Shown: positions 11,032 through 22,653, numbered from the stretch's first letter. The stretch is DNA of 64,000 nt from an uncultured Acidobacteriota bacterium (GCA_963823935.1 CAWGNM010000011.1:34724-98723), one strand, 5' to 3'. Program-made: numbers and translations. The notes: generated from the letters alone by a model not told the origin.

Positions 11032-13234
11032 ATGAGAGACGAAATTCGCCGCTTCCTCGCGCTCATCGCCGCCGCGGCTTTGCTGGCCCCCGCGGGGTGG
11101 GCCCAGAATCCGCAGCAAGCGGCCCCGCCTCCGGCTGCGCCGCTGGCGCCGCAAGTCTCGCCCAACCAGAAAGGAACGATCCGCGCGACGGTCAATTTAG
11201 TGGAGGTCGACGTCGAGGTCACCGATCGCAATGGCAACCCCATCAAAGGGCTGAGCCAGGACCAGTTCAGCGTCGCCGAAAATGGCAAGGATCAGAAGAT
11301 CTCCACCTTCGATTATTACGACGTGGAGAGGCTCGAGAAGGCCGCCGCCGAGGACGTCGCGCCGATCACCATCCCCATCGGCTCGGTCAGCCAGCCCGAG
11401 CAAGTGCGGCAGCAGATTCGCGACCGGCGCTTGATCGTTCTGTTTTTCGATCTCACTTCCTTGCAGCCCAACGATCTCACCCGCTCCACCCTGGCCGCCA
11501 AGCAATTCCTAAGCAAGCAGATGACGCCCGCCGATCTGGTGGGCGTGGTGGCCTTCGGCAATCAACTCAAAGTCGTCGCCGATTTCACCAATGATCGCGA
11601 TCTGCTCAATAGCGCCGTCGACGCGCTGCTGCCCGGCAAGGAGTCGCAGTTGGCGGCCCTGGCCGCGGCCACCTCCACCGGAATTGACGCCGCGACCACC
11701 GAAGACACAGACGCGGCTTTCACCGCCGACGATACCGAGTTCAACGCCTTCAATACCGACCGCAAGCTGATCGCCATCGAGTCGCTGGCCGATTTGCTGA
11801 AAGACATTCCCGGCAAAAAATCGGTGATGCAGTTCACCAGCGGCATCACCCAGACCGGCGAGGACAATCGTTCCCAGCTTCGCGCCACCACCGACGCCTC
11901 CAATCGCGCCAACATGTCCATCTACACCGTGGACTCCCGCGGGCTGCTCGCGGAAATTCCCGGCGGCGACGCCAGCGTCGGCGCTTCGGCCGGCAACGCC
12001 ATGTTCACCGGAGCGGCCGTCTTCCAGCAAAGCCAGTCGCGGCAGGATTCCCGCGAAACTCTGGCCACGCTCGCCTCCGATACCGGCGGGCGCAGCTTCT
12101 TCGATCTCGGAGATCTCGGCCAGGCCTTCCATTCGGTGCAGGCCGATACCGACGGCTACTACCTCGTCGGCTACTACAGCACGGACGCCCAGCACGACGG
12201 CCTGTGGCGCAGCATTCGCGTGAAGCTTGCCGGCGTGCCCGGAGCGCGCATTCGCTACCGCCAGGGTTATTACGCGCCCAAGGATTTCGGCGTCTACACC
12301 ACCGAAGATCGCGAGCGCCAGCTCGAAGACGCCATGCGCTCCGAGACTCCCGTGGTGGAGCTGCCCATCGCCGTGGAATCGGCCTACTTCCGCCTCAACA
12401 ATAAACAGATCTTCGTTCCCATCTCCGCCAAAGTCGCGGCCAGCGCTCTGCAATGGGCGCAAAAGAGCGGCAGGCGGCAGGTGGAGTTCGACTTCGCCGC
12501 GGAGATTCGCGACACGCAATCCAACCGCATCGCCGGCGCCTTGCGCGACACCATTACCGTGCGCCTCGATTCCGAGCGTTACGAAGAGCTGCAGCAGAAC
12601 GCCCTGGTCTATCAGGGCGGGATTATTTTGCCTCCGGGAAATTACAAGCTGAAGTTTCTCGCGCGGGAAAATGAATCCGGCCGCATCGGCACCTTCGAGG
12701 ACGATCTGAAGCTGCCGCGCCGTGCAAGCCGATCGCATGCAGTTGAGCTCCGTGGTGCTATCGAGCCAGCTGGTGGAAGCGCAGAAAACTTCCGAGGTGC
12801 AGACCAAGGGCTTCGCGCCGGATGCCAAGCTCAAGCAGTCGCCGCTGGACGTTGCCGGCGAGCGCATCATTCCCAGCGTAACCCGCGTCTTCACCAATCA
12901 GCAGATGCTCTATATTTTCTTCCAGGCCTACGTTCCGGAGAAAGACGACCCCAATCAATTGCGCGCCGGTCTCGAGTTTTTCCGCAACGGCGCGCGCCTC
13001 AGCCAGACGCCCATGGTCGCGCCCGCGCAAGTGGACGATAAAACGCGCACCGCTTCTTTCCGTATTAGTTTGCCGCTGAATGAAATTATGACCGGCCGTT
13101 ACACCGTGGAAGCCGTGGTGGTGCAGGCGGGCGGCGCTCAGGCTGCATTCGGCCGCAACTACTTCGCGCTGCGTCCCAATGCCGGCCCCGCGGCCCCGCC
13201 CGCGCCGGCTGCCTCCGGTCCAGGCGGAAACTAG
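11032..13234 (+). pseudogene. VWA domain protein of the acidobacterial VWFA-related type (TIGR03436-like); one frame break
   Basis: Signal peptide, then TVNLVEVDVEVTDRNGNPIKGLSQDQFSVAENGKDQKI. VWA-like core reads LIVLFFDLTSLQPND...VGVVAFGNQL...MSIYTVDSRGL...LASDTGGRSFFD. The C-terminal piece continues in the 12722 frame (MQLSSVVLSSQL...GRYTVEAVVVQAGG). The break is near 12718. The start is 5-11 nt after the stop of the upstream barrel gene. Confidence 0.8.
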
Positions 13235-13278
13235 CCCGCCCCGGGACGGGAGAAACCAGAACGACCGGAAGCTGGCCG

Positions 13279-14983
13279 TCAATCGATTACGCTGGTTGCC
13301 ACGCCCTGCACGAGCCCGTACGGAGGAGCCTTCGTTGCGCCGCTCAGCGTGCCCGGCTCGAACTCCACATTGGTCGTTCCTACGCCCGAGCCGTCGTTGA
13401 AGTTGAAGTAGTAAGTCGTGTTGCCGTCGGTGCTCGCGATGTTGACGTTCACAAAGTAGACGTTGCCTTGTGTGAACGGTTCCCCCGCCCCCGCGAACGA
13501 TCTCCACCGCCCCGCTGTCTCCGTAGGAGGGATCCGGACCGTTGACGTTCGGATTGGTGACCGTAAGGTTCTGGAACGTCAAGTTGGCGCCATTGGCCGC
13601 ATAGAATCGCGCGCAAGCGCCGTAACTCCCGCTCTGATCGCTGAACGAGTCCTGAATCAGAATGGCCCGGCGCGTTGGTGTTTCGGTTGGCTCAGTGGAA
13701 CGCGGCCCGATTGTTAATGCCCACGTACCCGTAGCGCTGGTTGCCCGGTGGAATGGTTGCGCAAAACTGTGATGCTGATGGGTTGGGACGTTGAATTCAT
13801 CAGCCAGGGGCTGACCATCAAGCCGTCGCCTGCATTGTCGTTGGTGTAGCAATCGGTGATGTGGATGTCCAGCAGGAAACCGGTCGGGTCGTTTGGCTCG
13901 ATATCGATGCCGCTCTGCGGCGCGGTGCCGCTCGTATTGGTGAAGTAGTCGCGCAGATAGTAGACGTGATTCACGCCGCCGGTGATGCTGGAACCCTGGC
14001 GCCGGTTATTGTTGAAGATGCAGTCTTCCACCGTTACGTTGGTGCTGTTGCCCAGATACAGCCCGTCTCCGCCCGAATCGTTGCAGGAGATGCCGCTGAT
14101 GGTGACGTTCGTGGCGCCCACCACGTACAAACAGTGGCGCTGCTCGCCGCTGGTGTACTGCGCCTTGAGCATGTGAAAGATCGCAGTAGCGGCGCCCGCC
14201 CCGGTAATGGTTACATTCGAAGAGCCGATCGTCAGCATAACGGCGTTTGCCCCATAGCCCGGATTAGCCGTTACGGTCGCGCCAGAATCCACGAACATGT
14301 TCGAGTTGCTGGGAAACGTGAGCGGATTGATGTTGTAGTTGCCGGCCGGTATCTCCAGCGCCTGGCCATTTGCCGCCGTCTGGTTGAGTCGCCGTTTGAA
14401 AAACGTTGGTGTCGTCTCCGCCAAAGCCGGCGTTTCCAAAATGCAGCAGGCTGACGGCATTGGGCGGTGCAGCGGCCGTGATGGTGACGGTCGTGGAGGC
14501 GGACATCGCGTTATTGGCATTGCTTACTGCGGTCACCGTGTCGGTGCCGGCAGCCGAGGGCGCCGTGTAAAGGCCCGACGGAGTGATCGTTCCCGCCATT
14601 GCGCTCCAGGTCACCGATTTATCCGCCGAAGTTCCCTGGACATTTGCGGTGAACTGAACTGTTTTCCACGCAGGCGTCGAAGCCGGCGAAGGCGTCAGGC
14701 TGACCGACATTATGGCCGACGTTCCCGCCGAGTTTAATGAAGAACCGCTAGAAGTCGTGGAAGACGAACCCCCGCTCGCGCCTGAAGTTGCGGAAGCCTC
14801 AGAAACAGGTGAATTGATCGATTTGGAACCTGCAGTCGTTACCCCGCTGCATCCCCAGCCGCAAAGAGCAAGAGTCATGAGCACAAAGAAGAGTAGGAAG
14901 AATGGCGAATTATGTGGCCGAAAATGAGCGGGATAGGAAGCTTGGAGCCATGTCTCAAAACCACTTCGGGACCACTGTTGCAT
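13279..14983 (-). pseudogene. secreted right-handed parallel beta-helix (pectate-lyase-fold) protein with an N-terminal Ig-like domain; frame broken about three times
   Basis: Ig-like part reads MSVSLTPSPASTPAWKTVQFTANVQGTSADKSVTWSA..GTITPSGLYTAP. It is followed by LLHFGNAGFGGDDTNVFQ / RRLNQTAANGQALEIPAGNYNI. Beta-helix rungs read NVTITGAGA, NVTISGISCNDSGGDGLYLGNSTNVTVEDCIFNNNRRQGSSI, and IDIEPND...ITDCYTNDNAGDGL. The C-terminus GNVYFVNVNIAST...VATSVID has its stop at 13279. Breaks lie near 14400 (T5/A5 run), 13735 and 13475. The start is uncertain (14983 or 14878). Confidence 0.65.
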
Positions 14984-15245
14984 CTCCACCCCCTGTGGAA
15001 TCCCCGGGCCGACCAACCTTACTGGTTGCGGCTTGTGAATAAACACCGGCGAATAGGGTAATTAGGGTACAGCTAAGGTGACTACCCTACGGCATCCCCG
15101 GTAGGACAGGTGTCGTCCGGGATACTGTTTACCGGTATGTTATATTTTTGGGGGACTCTCATTTTGTGGAGGCGAGCGAGCGAACCCGTTTGCTCACATC
15201 CCGCAGTGGGAAAAGGCGCTGGAATCGTCGGTTCGGGAGCGCGTA

Positions 15246-17642
15246 CTAAACGGTTTGCGGGTCCGCTTGCAGGCTCATGGTTTCGCGGAGTTTGGCCAGC
15301 AGGTCGTCGCGCTTGAAGGGTTTCGGCAGAAGCTTGACGTGCGGCTCGAGCAGTGTGGCATCCCTGAATCCGGTGTAGCCGGACATATACACCACGCGCA
15401 TCTCCGGCCGCATGGGGGCCAATTTCCCCGCCAGAGCGCGGCCATTCATCTCCGGCATGATGACGTCGGTCAGCAGCAGGTGGATCGGCTCCTGGTATCG
15501 CTGCGCGATGGCAATAGCCTCGTTCGGCGAGTTCGCTTCCAGAACTTTATATCCGCCGGCGGCCAGCAAATCGCGCGTCAGGCCGCGCAGCGCCTCTTCG
15601 TCCTCCACCAGCAGAATGGTTTCCGTTCCTCCCCGGGAGGTTTTTGGCTGGGCAGCCGCTTGCTGCGCGCGAGCGGGTTCGTTCACCACCGGCAAATAGA
15701 TCTGGAAGGTGGCGCCTTGGCCGGGCTGGCTATCCACCCAGATGTGCCCTCCGCTTTGCCGGACGATGCCGTAAACCATGGAGAGGCCCAGGCCGGTGCC
15801 GTGGCCGGCTTGCTTGGTGGTGAAGAAGGGCTCGAAAATGCGCGCCTGAGTCTCCGCATCGATACCCATGCCGGTGTCCGCGATGGCCAGCAACACATAG
15901 GATCCGGGGCGCTGAGGCTGGCGATGCCGCACCTGTTCTTCGTCCAGCACCACGTTTTTCGTCTCGATGGATAATCTGCCGCCGCTGGGCATGGCGTCGC
16001 GGGCATTCACCACCAGGTTCATGATCACCTGTTCGATCTGTCCTCGATCCACTTTCACCGATCCCAAGCGGGAATCGAGCTGCGTTTTCAACTCGATATC
16101 TTCGCCAATCAGGCGGCGCAACATTTTTTCCAGCTCCAGAACCACGGCGTTGAGGTCCAGAACCTTGGGCTCCAGCAGTTGCTGGCGGCTGAAAGCCAGA
16201 AGCTGGCGGGTGAGAGCGGTGGCCCTGTCTCCCGCCTTTTTGATCTGTTCGCAATTCCTGTGCAGCGTTCCGTTGGGGGGCAGTTCGCGATCCACCAGGT
16301 CGCAATAGCCGGTGATCACGGTCAGCAGATTATTGAAATCGTGCGCGATCCCTCCGGCCAGCTGCCCAATCGCTTCCATTTTTTGAGCTTGCCGCAGCTG
16401 CTTCTCCAGAATTTTTTGTTCGGTGACGTCCTTCATCAGCGCGATCACGCATTTCTGTCCTGCCACCTCGATGATTTCCGCCGAATCGAAGCCGATGCGC
16501 TTCTCCCCGCACTTGGTGCGAAAGGCAATCTCCAGATCGCGCACCGAGCGCCGCGTTTCCAGCGCCTCCACGAATCTCAGGCGGTCCTCCGGCGTTTGCC
16601 AGAGATTCAGTTCCGAGGAGGTGTGGCCCACCACCTCTTCTCGCCGATAACCGGTCACGCGAAGGAAACTGTCGTTCACATCCAGGAAGCGCCCGTCGGA
16701 GACCGTTGTGATCGTGATCGGCTCGGGGCTGGCGTTAAACGCCTTCTGGAATCGTTCTTCCGCTCGCTTGCGGTCGCTCACGTCGCGGGTGATGGATACC
16801 GCGCCGACGATCTGGTTATTCGCATCCTTGACGGGCGACGTGGTAATGGAAACGTCGATCCGCTGGCCGTTCTTGCGGACGTGAATGCTCTCGCACAACT
16901 GAACGCTCTCGCCGCGCTTCAGCTTTTCGAGGCTGGCCGGCAGTTCATCGGCCTGGTCCGCCGGGATCAGAAAATCTCTCGGCCGTCCCAGCACCTCGCT
17001 CGCGGTATAGCCGTAAACGGCTTCCGCGCCGGCATTCCAGCTGACGATTGTGCCGTCCAGCGCGTGGAGCACGATGGCATCGCTCGAAAATTCAATGATC
17101 GAGGCCAGTTGCGAGAGCCTCTCGGCAATGCGCTTGCGTTCCGCCACCGCGCTCTTCATCTCTTCATACGCGCCCACCAGGTCGCGCGCCCGTTGCGCCA
17201 GCCGCTTCTCGCGTTGCGTGCCCCCGGCGAATTCCGCCTGCGCCCGCAAAAACTGCACGAACGCGCGCCAGGAGTGGTTGTCCATCAAAAGGGGCAGCAT
17301 CACTCTGGCCACGGCGCTCTGAGCGTCGAACGGTTTTGCCGGATCGACCACCGCTTGCAGCGAATGCGTGTATACCTGGGCGCAGGAGCACCGCGCGGCG
17401 GCCGCATCGAGCAGCTCTCTTTCCTGATCGCTGGCCGCCTGTTCGCGAATCTTCAGGATGAGGGCGGAGATTTTCTCGCTGTTCTCCACGCGCTCCAGCG
17501 CCAGTGGAGCCGTTTCATCCTGCGCGGGTATCAAAATGGCCGTGGTGAGCTGAATGTTACGGTCGGAATACTGAAGCACCTCCTCCGCCATTTTCAGTTT
17601 GGCGTTGAGGGCGTTGCAGCCGGGGCTGGGGTCTGGGGACAC
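15246..17642 (-). CDS. hybrid sensor histidine kinase/response regulator with two PAS domains
   Basis: Intact 798-aa ORF. H-box GGIAHDFNNLL, N-box NLVVNARDAM, G1 DTGMGI, G2 GTGLGLS, and a C-terminal receiver ILLVEDEEALR...LLLTDVIMPEMNG. PAS-like segments read AIVLHALDGTIVSWNAGAEAVYGY and ITITTVSDGRFLDVNDSFLRVTGY. No obvious transmembrane segment. Confidence 0.9.
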   Translation of the reverse strand: MSPDPSPGCNALNAKLKMAEEVLQYSDRNIQLTTAILIPAQDETAPLALERVENSEKISALILKIREQAASDQERELLDAAAARCSCAQVYTHSLQAVVDPAKPFDAQSAVARVMLPLLMDNHSWRAFVQFLRAQAEFAGGTQREKRLAQRARDLVGAYEEMKSAVAERKRIAERLSQLASIIEFSSDAIVLHALDGTIVSWNAGAEAVYGYTASEVLGRPRDFLIPADQADELPASLEKLKRGESVQLCESIHVRKNGQRIDVSITTSPVKDANNQIVGAVSITRDVSDRKRAEERFQKAFNASPEPITITTVSDGRFLDVNDSFLRVTGYRREEVVGHTSSELNLWQTPEDRLRFVEALETRRSVRDLEIAFRTKCGEKRIGFDSAEIIEVAGQKCVIALMKDVTEQKILEKQLRQAQKMEAIGQLAGGIAHDFNNLLTVITGYCDLVDRELPPNGTLHRNCEQIKKAGDRATALTRQLLAFSRQQLLEPKVLDLNAVVLELEKMLRRLIGEDIELKTQLDSRLGSVKVDRGQIEQVIMNLVVNARDAMPSGGRLSIETKNVVLDEEQVRHRQPQRPGSYVLLAIADTGMGIDAETQARIFEPFFTTKQAGHGTGLGLSMVYGIVRQSGGHIWVDSQPGQGATFQIYLPVVNEPARAQQAAAQPKTSRGGTETILLVEDEEALRGLTRDLLAAGGYKVLEANSPNEAIAIAQRYQEPIHLLLTDVIMPEMNGRALAGKLAPMRPEMRVVYMSGYTGFRDATLLEPHVKLLPKPFKRDDLLAKLRETMSLQADPQTV

Positions 17643-17733
17643 GATTTTTCGCTATGAAAGAGAGTTGCTCGCCTCACTCAAGCGCAGGCTTGGCCGGGTC
17701 CATCAGGGCGCATCCGGTCCGTCGCCTGGCTCT

Positions 17734-18111
17734 TTATTTCTTCTCCAGGAGCAGCTTTTCGATTTTTTGGCTCAGCCGGGCAAATTCCACGGGCTTGGTT
17801 TCGTACTCGTCGCAACCCGCTTCCAGGGCTTTGGCGCGATCGCCGATCAGGGCGTGAGCCGTTAAAGCAATGATCGGTATCCCGCGGGTGGCGTCTTCGG
17901 CTTTCAGCAGGCGGCTCACTTCCCAGCCATCCATCGCCGGCAAACTGATGTCCATCAGGATCAAATCGGGCTTTTCCAGCCCGGCGCGCGAGTGTCCCTC
18001 CTCGCCATCTCGAGCGGTCACAACGGAGTAGCCATGGCGCTCCAAGCGGCGGGAAAGCATGTCTCGGTTGATCTCGTTATCTTCCACCACGAGAATCTTG
18101 GGCATCGCCAC
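17734..18111 (-). CDS. single-domain response regulator (CheY-like receiver)
   Basis: Intact 125-aa ORF reading KILVVEDNEINRDML...DLILMDISLPAMDGWE...IPIIALTAHA...CDEYETKP. It lies directly upstream of, and on the same strand as, the hybrid kinase. Confidence 0.9.
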   Translation of the reverse strand: MAMPKILVVEDNEINRDMLSRRLERHGYSVVTARDGEEGHSRAGLEKPDLILMDISLPAMDGWEVSRLLKAEDATRGIPIIALTAHALIGDRAKALEAGCDEYETKPVEFARLSQKIEKLLLEKK

Positions 18112-18405
18112 TTCCTCTCTGAAGATCTACTCCTCGCCCGATCGAACCGCGCGATCGAAGCGCCGATCGAACCTGTCGCGCACCTCGGCATCTAACAGCA
18201 GCGGGCAAACTTCGGAAGGAAGCCACTCGCCGCTTGGGGCCATGCCGTCGAGAGGGTTAGGATAGGAGTTGATTCTGCGTTTCAGAATGGAACAAAGGTA
18301 CTGTTCACTCAAACCTTTGATTGAAGAGTGCCCGGCGACCGCCTGACGAGCGATCGCAGCGTGATCGACGAACCTCGGATGGTTGGGCCCGAAGTGAAGG
18401 ACGGT

Positions 18406-18446
18406 TAAAGGGCTAAATTAAAGGGCCTAAATAAAAGGAATGCCAG
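18406..18446 (+). promoter_or_regulatory. AT-rich tandem direct repeat upstream of gnd (candidate operator or UP-like element)
   Basis: TAAAGGGCTAAAT TAAAGGGCCTAAAT AAAAGGAA, two and a half copies of a 13-14-nt unit. It ends about 48 nt before the gnd ATG at 18494. Confidence 0.3.
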
Positions 18447-18493
18447 CAGCGGCGCAAATGCCGTGATTTTATCCCCACCAGGAGCAACCACAC

Positions 18494-19514
18494 ATGCAGC
18501 TCGGAATGATCGGACTCGGCAGAATGGGCGCGAACATGACCCGCCGCCTCCTGCGAGCCAAACACCAATGCGTCGTCTCGGATCACCATCAGGAAAATAT
18601 CAATCGATTGGCCGAGCGAAGGAGCGCAGGGCGCATCCTCGCTGGATGACATGGTCAAAAAACTGGCGCCGCCTCGCGCCATCTGGATGATGGTTCCGGC
18701 GGCAGCCGTCGATTCCACCATCCAGGCGCTCGCCCCCAAATTGCAGCGCGGCGATATCCTGATCGATGGCGGCAACTCCTATTACATCGACGATATCCGC
18801 CGCTCCAAGCAGCTCCAGCCGCAAGGAATCCAGTATGTCGACGTCGGCACCAGCGGAGGCGTCTGGGGCCTCGATCGCGGCTATTGCCAGATGATCGGCG
18901 GCCCGCGCGACGTTGTCCAGCACCTCGATCCCATCTTCAAGGCTCTGGCTCCCGGCCGCGGCGATATACCGCGAACTCCCGGCCGCGAGAAGGTCGACGG
19001 CACAGCCGAAGAGGGTTACCTCTATTGCGGCCCCGCAGGCGCCGGCCATTTCGTGAAGATGGTGCACAACGGCATCGAGTATGGCCTCATGGCCGCTTAC
19101 GCCGAGGGCATCAATATCCTGAAGCACGCCAACGTGGGCAAAACCAAGGCTAAGACCGACGCGGAGACCGCGCCCTTGCGCGATCCCGAGCATTATCAGT
19201 ACGACTTCAATCTCCCCGACGTCGCCGAAGTCTGGCGGCGTGGCAGCGTGGTCGCTTCCTGGCTCCTCGATCTGACGGCCAGCGCTCTGATGAGGCAGCC
19301 CGATCTCGCCGATTTTTCCGGCCGCGTCTCCGATTCCGGCGAAGGGCGCTGGACGATTCTGGCCGCCGTGGAAGAAGGCGCTCCCGCGCCCGTTTTGAGC
19401 TCCGCTCTTTACGAGCGATTCACTTCCCGCGGCGAAAGCGATTTCGCCAATAAGCTTCTCTCGGCCATGCGCTTCGAATTCGGCGGCCACCTCGAAAAGA
19501 AAGCAGCCGGCTAG
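18494..19514 (+). pseudogene. gnd: 6-phosphogluconate dehydrogenase, decarboxylating (short Gnd type); one frame break
   Basis: N-terminus [20 protein letters not shown] is a Rossmann GxGxxG. It continues in the 18651 frame as AIWMMVPAA...LIDGGNSYY...[11 protein letters not shown]...[24 protein letters not shown]...RWT. Removing a single g near 18614 restores ...[22 protein letters not shown]. Confidence 0.85.
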
Positions 19515-19599
19515 CCAACGCGTTACCGCTCATCCCACTAGTTCAGAGCATCCAATAGGCGCCACAATAAGCGCCCATTGACGCGCAAAGGAGTTGCTC

Positions 19600-21087
19600 A
19601 TGAGTGCCACCCTGTCGGCGATCCCCTCGGACGCGCGCACTTCGCAAAAGCCCGCGGCGCTCTCCGACGCCCTGGTCTTTTTCGGCGCCACCGGCGATCT
19701 CGCCTACAAGCAGATCTTCCCCTCGCTCCAGCAAATGATCCGCCGCGGCAATCTGAACGTGCCCGTCATCGGCGTCGCCAAAGCCGGCTGGAATCTCGAG
19801 CAATTCCGCAATCGCGCCAAAGACAGCCTGGCCAAGCACGGCGGCGTCGATCCCGTCGCCTTCCCCAAATTGATGCAGTTGCTGAATTATATCGACGGCG
19901 ACTACCAGGATCCGGCCACCTTCAAGAAGCTGCGCGAACTCCTCGGCCAGGCCCAGCTTCCCACGCATTACCTGGCCATTCCTCCCAGCCTTTTTCCCAC
20001 CGTCGTGGAAGGACTTCGCGCCTCGGGCTGCGCCAAAAATGCCCGCGTCATCCTGGAAAAGCCCTTCGGCCGCGATCTGGCCTCGGCTCAAGCGCTCGAC
20101 GCCACTTTGCACGCCGCCTTTCCCGAGTCCTCCATCTTTCGCATCGACCATTACCTCGGCAAGGAAGAAGTCGAGAATCTGCTCTTCTTCCGTTTTGCCA
20201 ACACCTTTCTCGAGCCCATCTGGAATCGCAACTACGTCCAAAGCATCCAGGTCACCATGGCCGAGTCTTTTGGCGTCGCCGGCCGCGGCAAGTTCTATGA
20301 GGAAGCCGGCGCCATTCGCGACGTGCTGCAGAACCATCTCCTGCAAGTCGTCGGATTTCTCACCATGGACCCGGCCACCAGCCTCTACGCCGAATCCCTG
20401 CGCGACGAGCAGGTCCGCGTCTTTCGCACCATCCCCCCACTCGAGCCAAAAGACGTCGTGCGCGGCCAGTTCGAAGGCTATCGCCAGGTTCCCGACGTCG
20501 CTCCCGATTCCAAAGTGGAGACTTTCGCCGCCGTGCGCCTGGAGATCGATTCCTGGCGCTGGGACGGCGTCCCGATCTTGCTTCGCTCCGGCAAGTGCCT
20601 GCCGGTGACCGCCACGGAAGTTCTCGTGAAGCTAAAGCCGCCTCCCCTCCGCCGCACGGGAAATAGCAATAATTATTTCCGCCTGCGCCTCGGCCCCGAT
20701 CTCTCCATAAATGTCGGCGCGCGAATCAAGCGTCCCGGCCCGGACATGGTCTCCATGCCCGTCGAACTCTCCGCCGTGCAACTCGATCTCAGCGCCGAGC
20801 TCATGCCTTACGAGCGCCTGCTCACGGACGCCATGCGCGGCGATCCGCTTCTCTTCGTGCGCCAGGACGCCGTCGAAGCCGCCTGGGCCATCGTCGATCC
20901 CATCCTCGGAACGGATAAGACGCCGCTTTACTTTTATCCTCGTGGAAGCTGGGGGCCGTCCGAAGCCGACGCTTTGGCCGCCGACGTTGGCGGCTGGCAC
21001 AATCCCGAGCCTTCCCGCACCGGCGGCACATCTCACTTTATGTGGCAATATGACGAACACGAAGACGTCCGCAAGGCCAGCCGTTAG
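19600..21087 (+). CDS. zwf: glucose-6-phosphate dehydrogenase
   Basis: Intact ORF with [19 protein letters not shown] and RIDHYLGKE motifs. AAGGAG lies 6 nt upstream of the ATG at 19600. Confidence 0.95.
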   Translation: MSATLSAIPSDARTSQKPAALSDALVFFGATGDLAYKQIFPSLQQMIRRGNLNVPVIGVAKAGWNLEQFRNRAKDSLAKHGGVDPVAFPKLMQLLNYIDGDYQDPATFKKLRELLGQAQLPTHYLAIPPSLFPTVVEGLRASGCAKNARVILEKPFGRDLASAQALDATLHAAFPESSIFRIDHYLGKEEVENLLFFRFANTFLEPIWNRNYVQSIQVTMAESFGVAGRGKFYEEAGAIRDVLQNHLLQVVGFLTMDPATSLYAESLRDEQVRVFRTIPPLEPKDVVRGQFEGYRQVPDVAPDSKVETFAAVRLEIDSWRWDGVPILLRSGKCLPVTATEVLVKLKPPPLRRTGNSNNYFRLRLGPDLSINVGARIKRPGPDMVSMPVELSAVQLDLSAELMPYERLLTDAMRGDPLLFVRQDAVEAAWAIVDPILGTDKTPLYFYPRGSWGPSEADALAADVGGWHNPEPSRTGGTSHFMWQYDEHEDVRKASR

Positions 21088-22456
21088 CCCTGCCGCGGAA
21101 GCGGCGGAAGCTAAAGAGACTGGATTTGTTTTCGCCGCCGCCGGCTTCGCCGCGCTGGGTGGACTTCTCTTCGGCTACGACACCGGAGTCATCTCCGGCG
21201 CCCTGCTTTTCATTCGCACGCAATTTGCGCTCTCCCCACGCGAGCAGGGACTCGTCGTCAGCGTGGTGTTAGTCGGCGCCGCCATAGCGGCCCTCAGTGG
21301 CGGCCGCCTGGCGGATACTTTCGGCCGCCGCACCATGCTCGTGGTTACGGCGATAATCTTTGTCGCTGGAGCTATGGTTTGTGCAGCTGCGCCCTCGTTG
21401 AACGTGCTGCTGATCGGCAGGCTGATCGTTGGCCTGGGCATCGGCCTCGCCTCCACAACCGTGCCCATCTACATCTCCGAAGTTTCGCCGCCGCAGTCGC
21501 GCGGCTGGCAAGTCTCGCTTTTCCAGCTGGCCATCACCATCGGCATCCTCGCCGCTTATCTTGTGGACTACGCCTTCTCCGGCAGCGGCGCCTGGCGCTG
21601 GATGCTGGGACTGGCGTTCGTTCCCGGCGCGATTCTCGGCCTGGGAATGATCCGCATGCCCGAAAGCCCGCGCTGGCTCGCCGAACACGGCGAAACGCAA
21701 CGCGCGCGCGAAGTCCTGCGGCGCATCCGCGGCGGGAACAATATCGACGCCGAATGGCGCGAGATTCAGGACACGCTCGCGCAAGCCGACGAGCGCAGCC
21801 GCTTCGCCGATCTGCTTGCGCCGCACGTGCGTCCCGCGCTCGTCATCGGCATCGGCCTGGCGATCTTTCAGCAGGTCACCGGGATCAATACGGTCATCTA
21901 TTACGCGCCGGTAATCGTGCAGTCGGCGGGAATCTCCTCGGCCTCGGGAGCCATCCTGGCCACCGCCGGCATCGGCCTGGTGAACGTGATCATGACCATC
22001 GTGGCCATGTGGCTGATCGACCATGTGGGCCGCCGCCCTCTGCTGCTCACCGGAATCGCCGGGATGATCCTCAGCCTGGCCGTGCTGGGCTTCGTCTTCC
22101 GCATGCCCACCGGCGGCGCGCTGGCCTGGCTGGCGGTGATCACGCTGATGGTTTACGTGGCCTCGTTCGCCATCAGCCTCGGCCCCATCTTCTGGCTGCT
22201 GATCGCGGAGATCTATCCGCTCAAGGTTCGCGGCATCGCCGAAGGCACGGCGGCTGGCGTGAACTGGGCCTTCAACTTTGTCGTTTCGCTTACCTTCCTC
22301 ACCCTGATTCAGCTTCTCGGCGCCAGCTCCACGTTCTGGATGTACGCGGCCCTGGCCATAGCCTCCTGGTTCTTCTCCTACTATCTCGTCCCCGAAACCA
22401 AAGGCCGCACCCTCGAAGAGATCGAGCAATCCTTCCGCCACCCCCACGCCGCCTGA
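21050..22456 (+). CDS. MFS sugar porter family transporter
   Basis: Reads [42 protein letters not shown], with 12 hydrophobic segments. The ATG at 21050 overlaps the zwf 3' end by 38 nt. Confidence 0.9.
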   Translation: MTNTKTSARPAVSPAAEAAEAKETGFVFAAAGFAALGGLLFGYDTGVISGALLFIRTQFALSPREQGLVVSVVLVGAAIAALSGGRLADTFGRRTMLVVTAIIFVAGAMVCAAAPSLNVLLIGRLIVGLGIGLASTTVPIYISEVSPPQSRGWQVSLFQLAITIGILAAYLVDYAFSGSGAWRWMLGLAFVPGAILGLGMIRMPESPRWLAEHGETQRAREVLRRIRGGNNIDAEWREIQDTLAQADERSRFADLLAPHVRPALVIGIGLAIFQQVTGINTVIYYAPVIVQSAGISSASGAILATAGIGLVNVIMTIVAMWLIDHVGRRPLLLTGIAGMILSLAVLGFVFRMPTGGALAWLAVITLMVYVASFAISLGPIFWLLIAEIYPLKVRGIAEGTAAGVNWAFNFVVSLTFLTLIQLLGASSTFWMYAALAIASWFFSYYLVPETKGRTLEEIEQSFRHPHAA

Positions 22457-22549
22457 AGCAGATTCGAGCAATCAATGATTGGTTTTGTCGAGCGCGAAAA
22501 GGCCGTGGCCATCACGGCGCTTTTCGCGCGTACAGAGTTCGCCCAAGCT

Positions 22550-22590
22550 GTCATCCCGAGGCCCGAAGGCCGAGGGATCTGCAGTTCGCT
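22550..22590 (+). repeat. REP-like intergenic element, copy 1
   Basis: GTCATCCCGAGGCCCGAAGGCCGAGGGATCTGCAG, with internal complementarity CCGAGGCC/GGCCGAGG. It sits in the convergent gap between the sugar porter and sodC. Confidence 0.5.
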
Positions 22591-22653
22591 TTTCGTGCCC
22601 TTACTTCACGAGCGCGCCACAGGCGCGACTCCGCGGCTAAATTTGCCTACGGT

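Noticed and set aside
12758-13852. 364-aa minus-strand ORF spanning the VWA 3' end and the beta-helix gene
   Set aside because: Only about 13475-13735 of it matches the beta-helix protein frame. The rest is antisense to the VWA gene or out of frame, so I did not call it as a gene.
18127-18312. 61-aa ORF immediately upstream of the response regulator
   Set aside because: It has only a TTG start and no Shine-Dalgarno or family resemblance. It might be a real leader peptide or small protein, but I cannot support it.
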